This document shows positions 33,971-35,186 of a DNA stretch of 35,186 nt, in pieces (the stretch's first letter is position 1; the number at the start of each line of letters is the position of its first letter). Location: positions 1-35,186 of the forward strand of contig JAUCBJ010007109.1 in assembly GCA_032718475.1 (NCBI GenBank). The letters run 5' to 3'. The position numbers and the translations under genes were made by a program. Source of the DNA: Nemertoderma westbladi (lineage: Eukaryota; Animalia; Xenacoelomorpha). Under the pieces are notes generated by a model. It was not told the DNA's origin, made no database searches, and saw only the letters and a program-made list of their open reading frames with translations.

Positions 33971-35186
<1,216 letters not shown>

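Overview
Repeat-rich, AT-rich animal (probably invertebrate) genomic DNA; the taxon cannot be assigned from the sequence. Host genes: the last two exons (206-442, 2731-2891, +) of a Trunk/PTTH/Noggin-like cystine-knot ligand, and a tentative terminal exon pair near 31.36-31.78 kb. The dominant feature is a 12.6-kb BEL/Pao LTR element on the minus strand (16904-29536). Its single intact 1604-aa ORF keeps Gag and protease but has lost RT, most of RNase H and integrase by in-frame deletions. It has no tRNA-type primer-binding site. Instead the 11 nt abutting the 5' LTR are perfectly complementary to an 11-mer inside the LTR, as in Tf1 self-priming. The two LTRs are nearly identical on the U3 side of that 11-mer and clearly diverged on the R-U5 side. 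The rest is a 5'-truncated RTE-like LINE with a 12-bp TSD plus older LINE fragments, several MITEs, Helitron-like ends, six minisatellite arrays (one with higher-order structure) and a perfect (CTA)n tract running off the window end. All alignments and difference counts were made by eye; no database searches were run.
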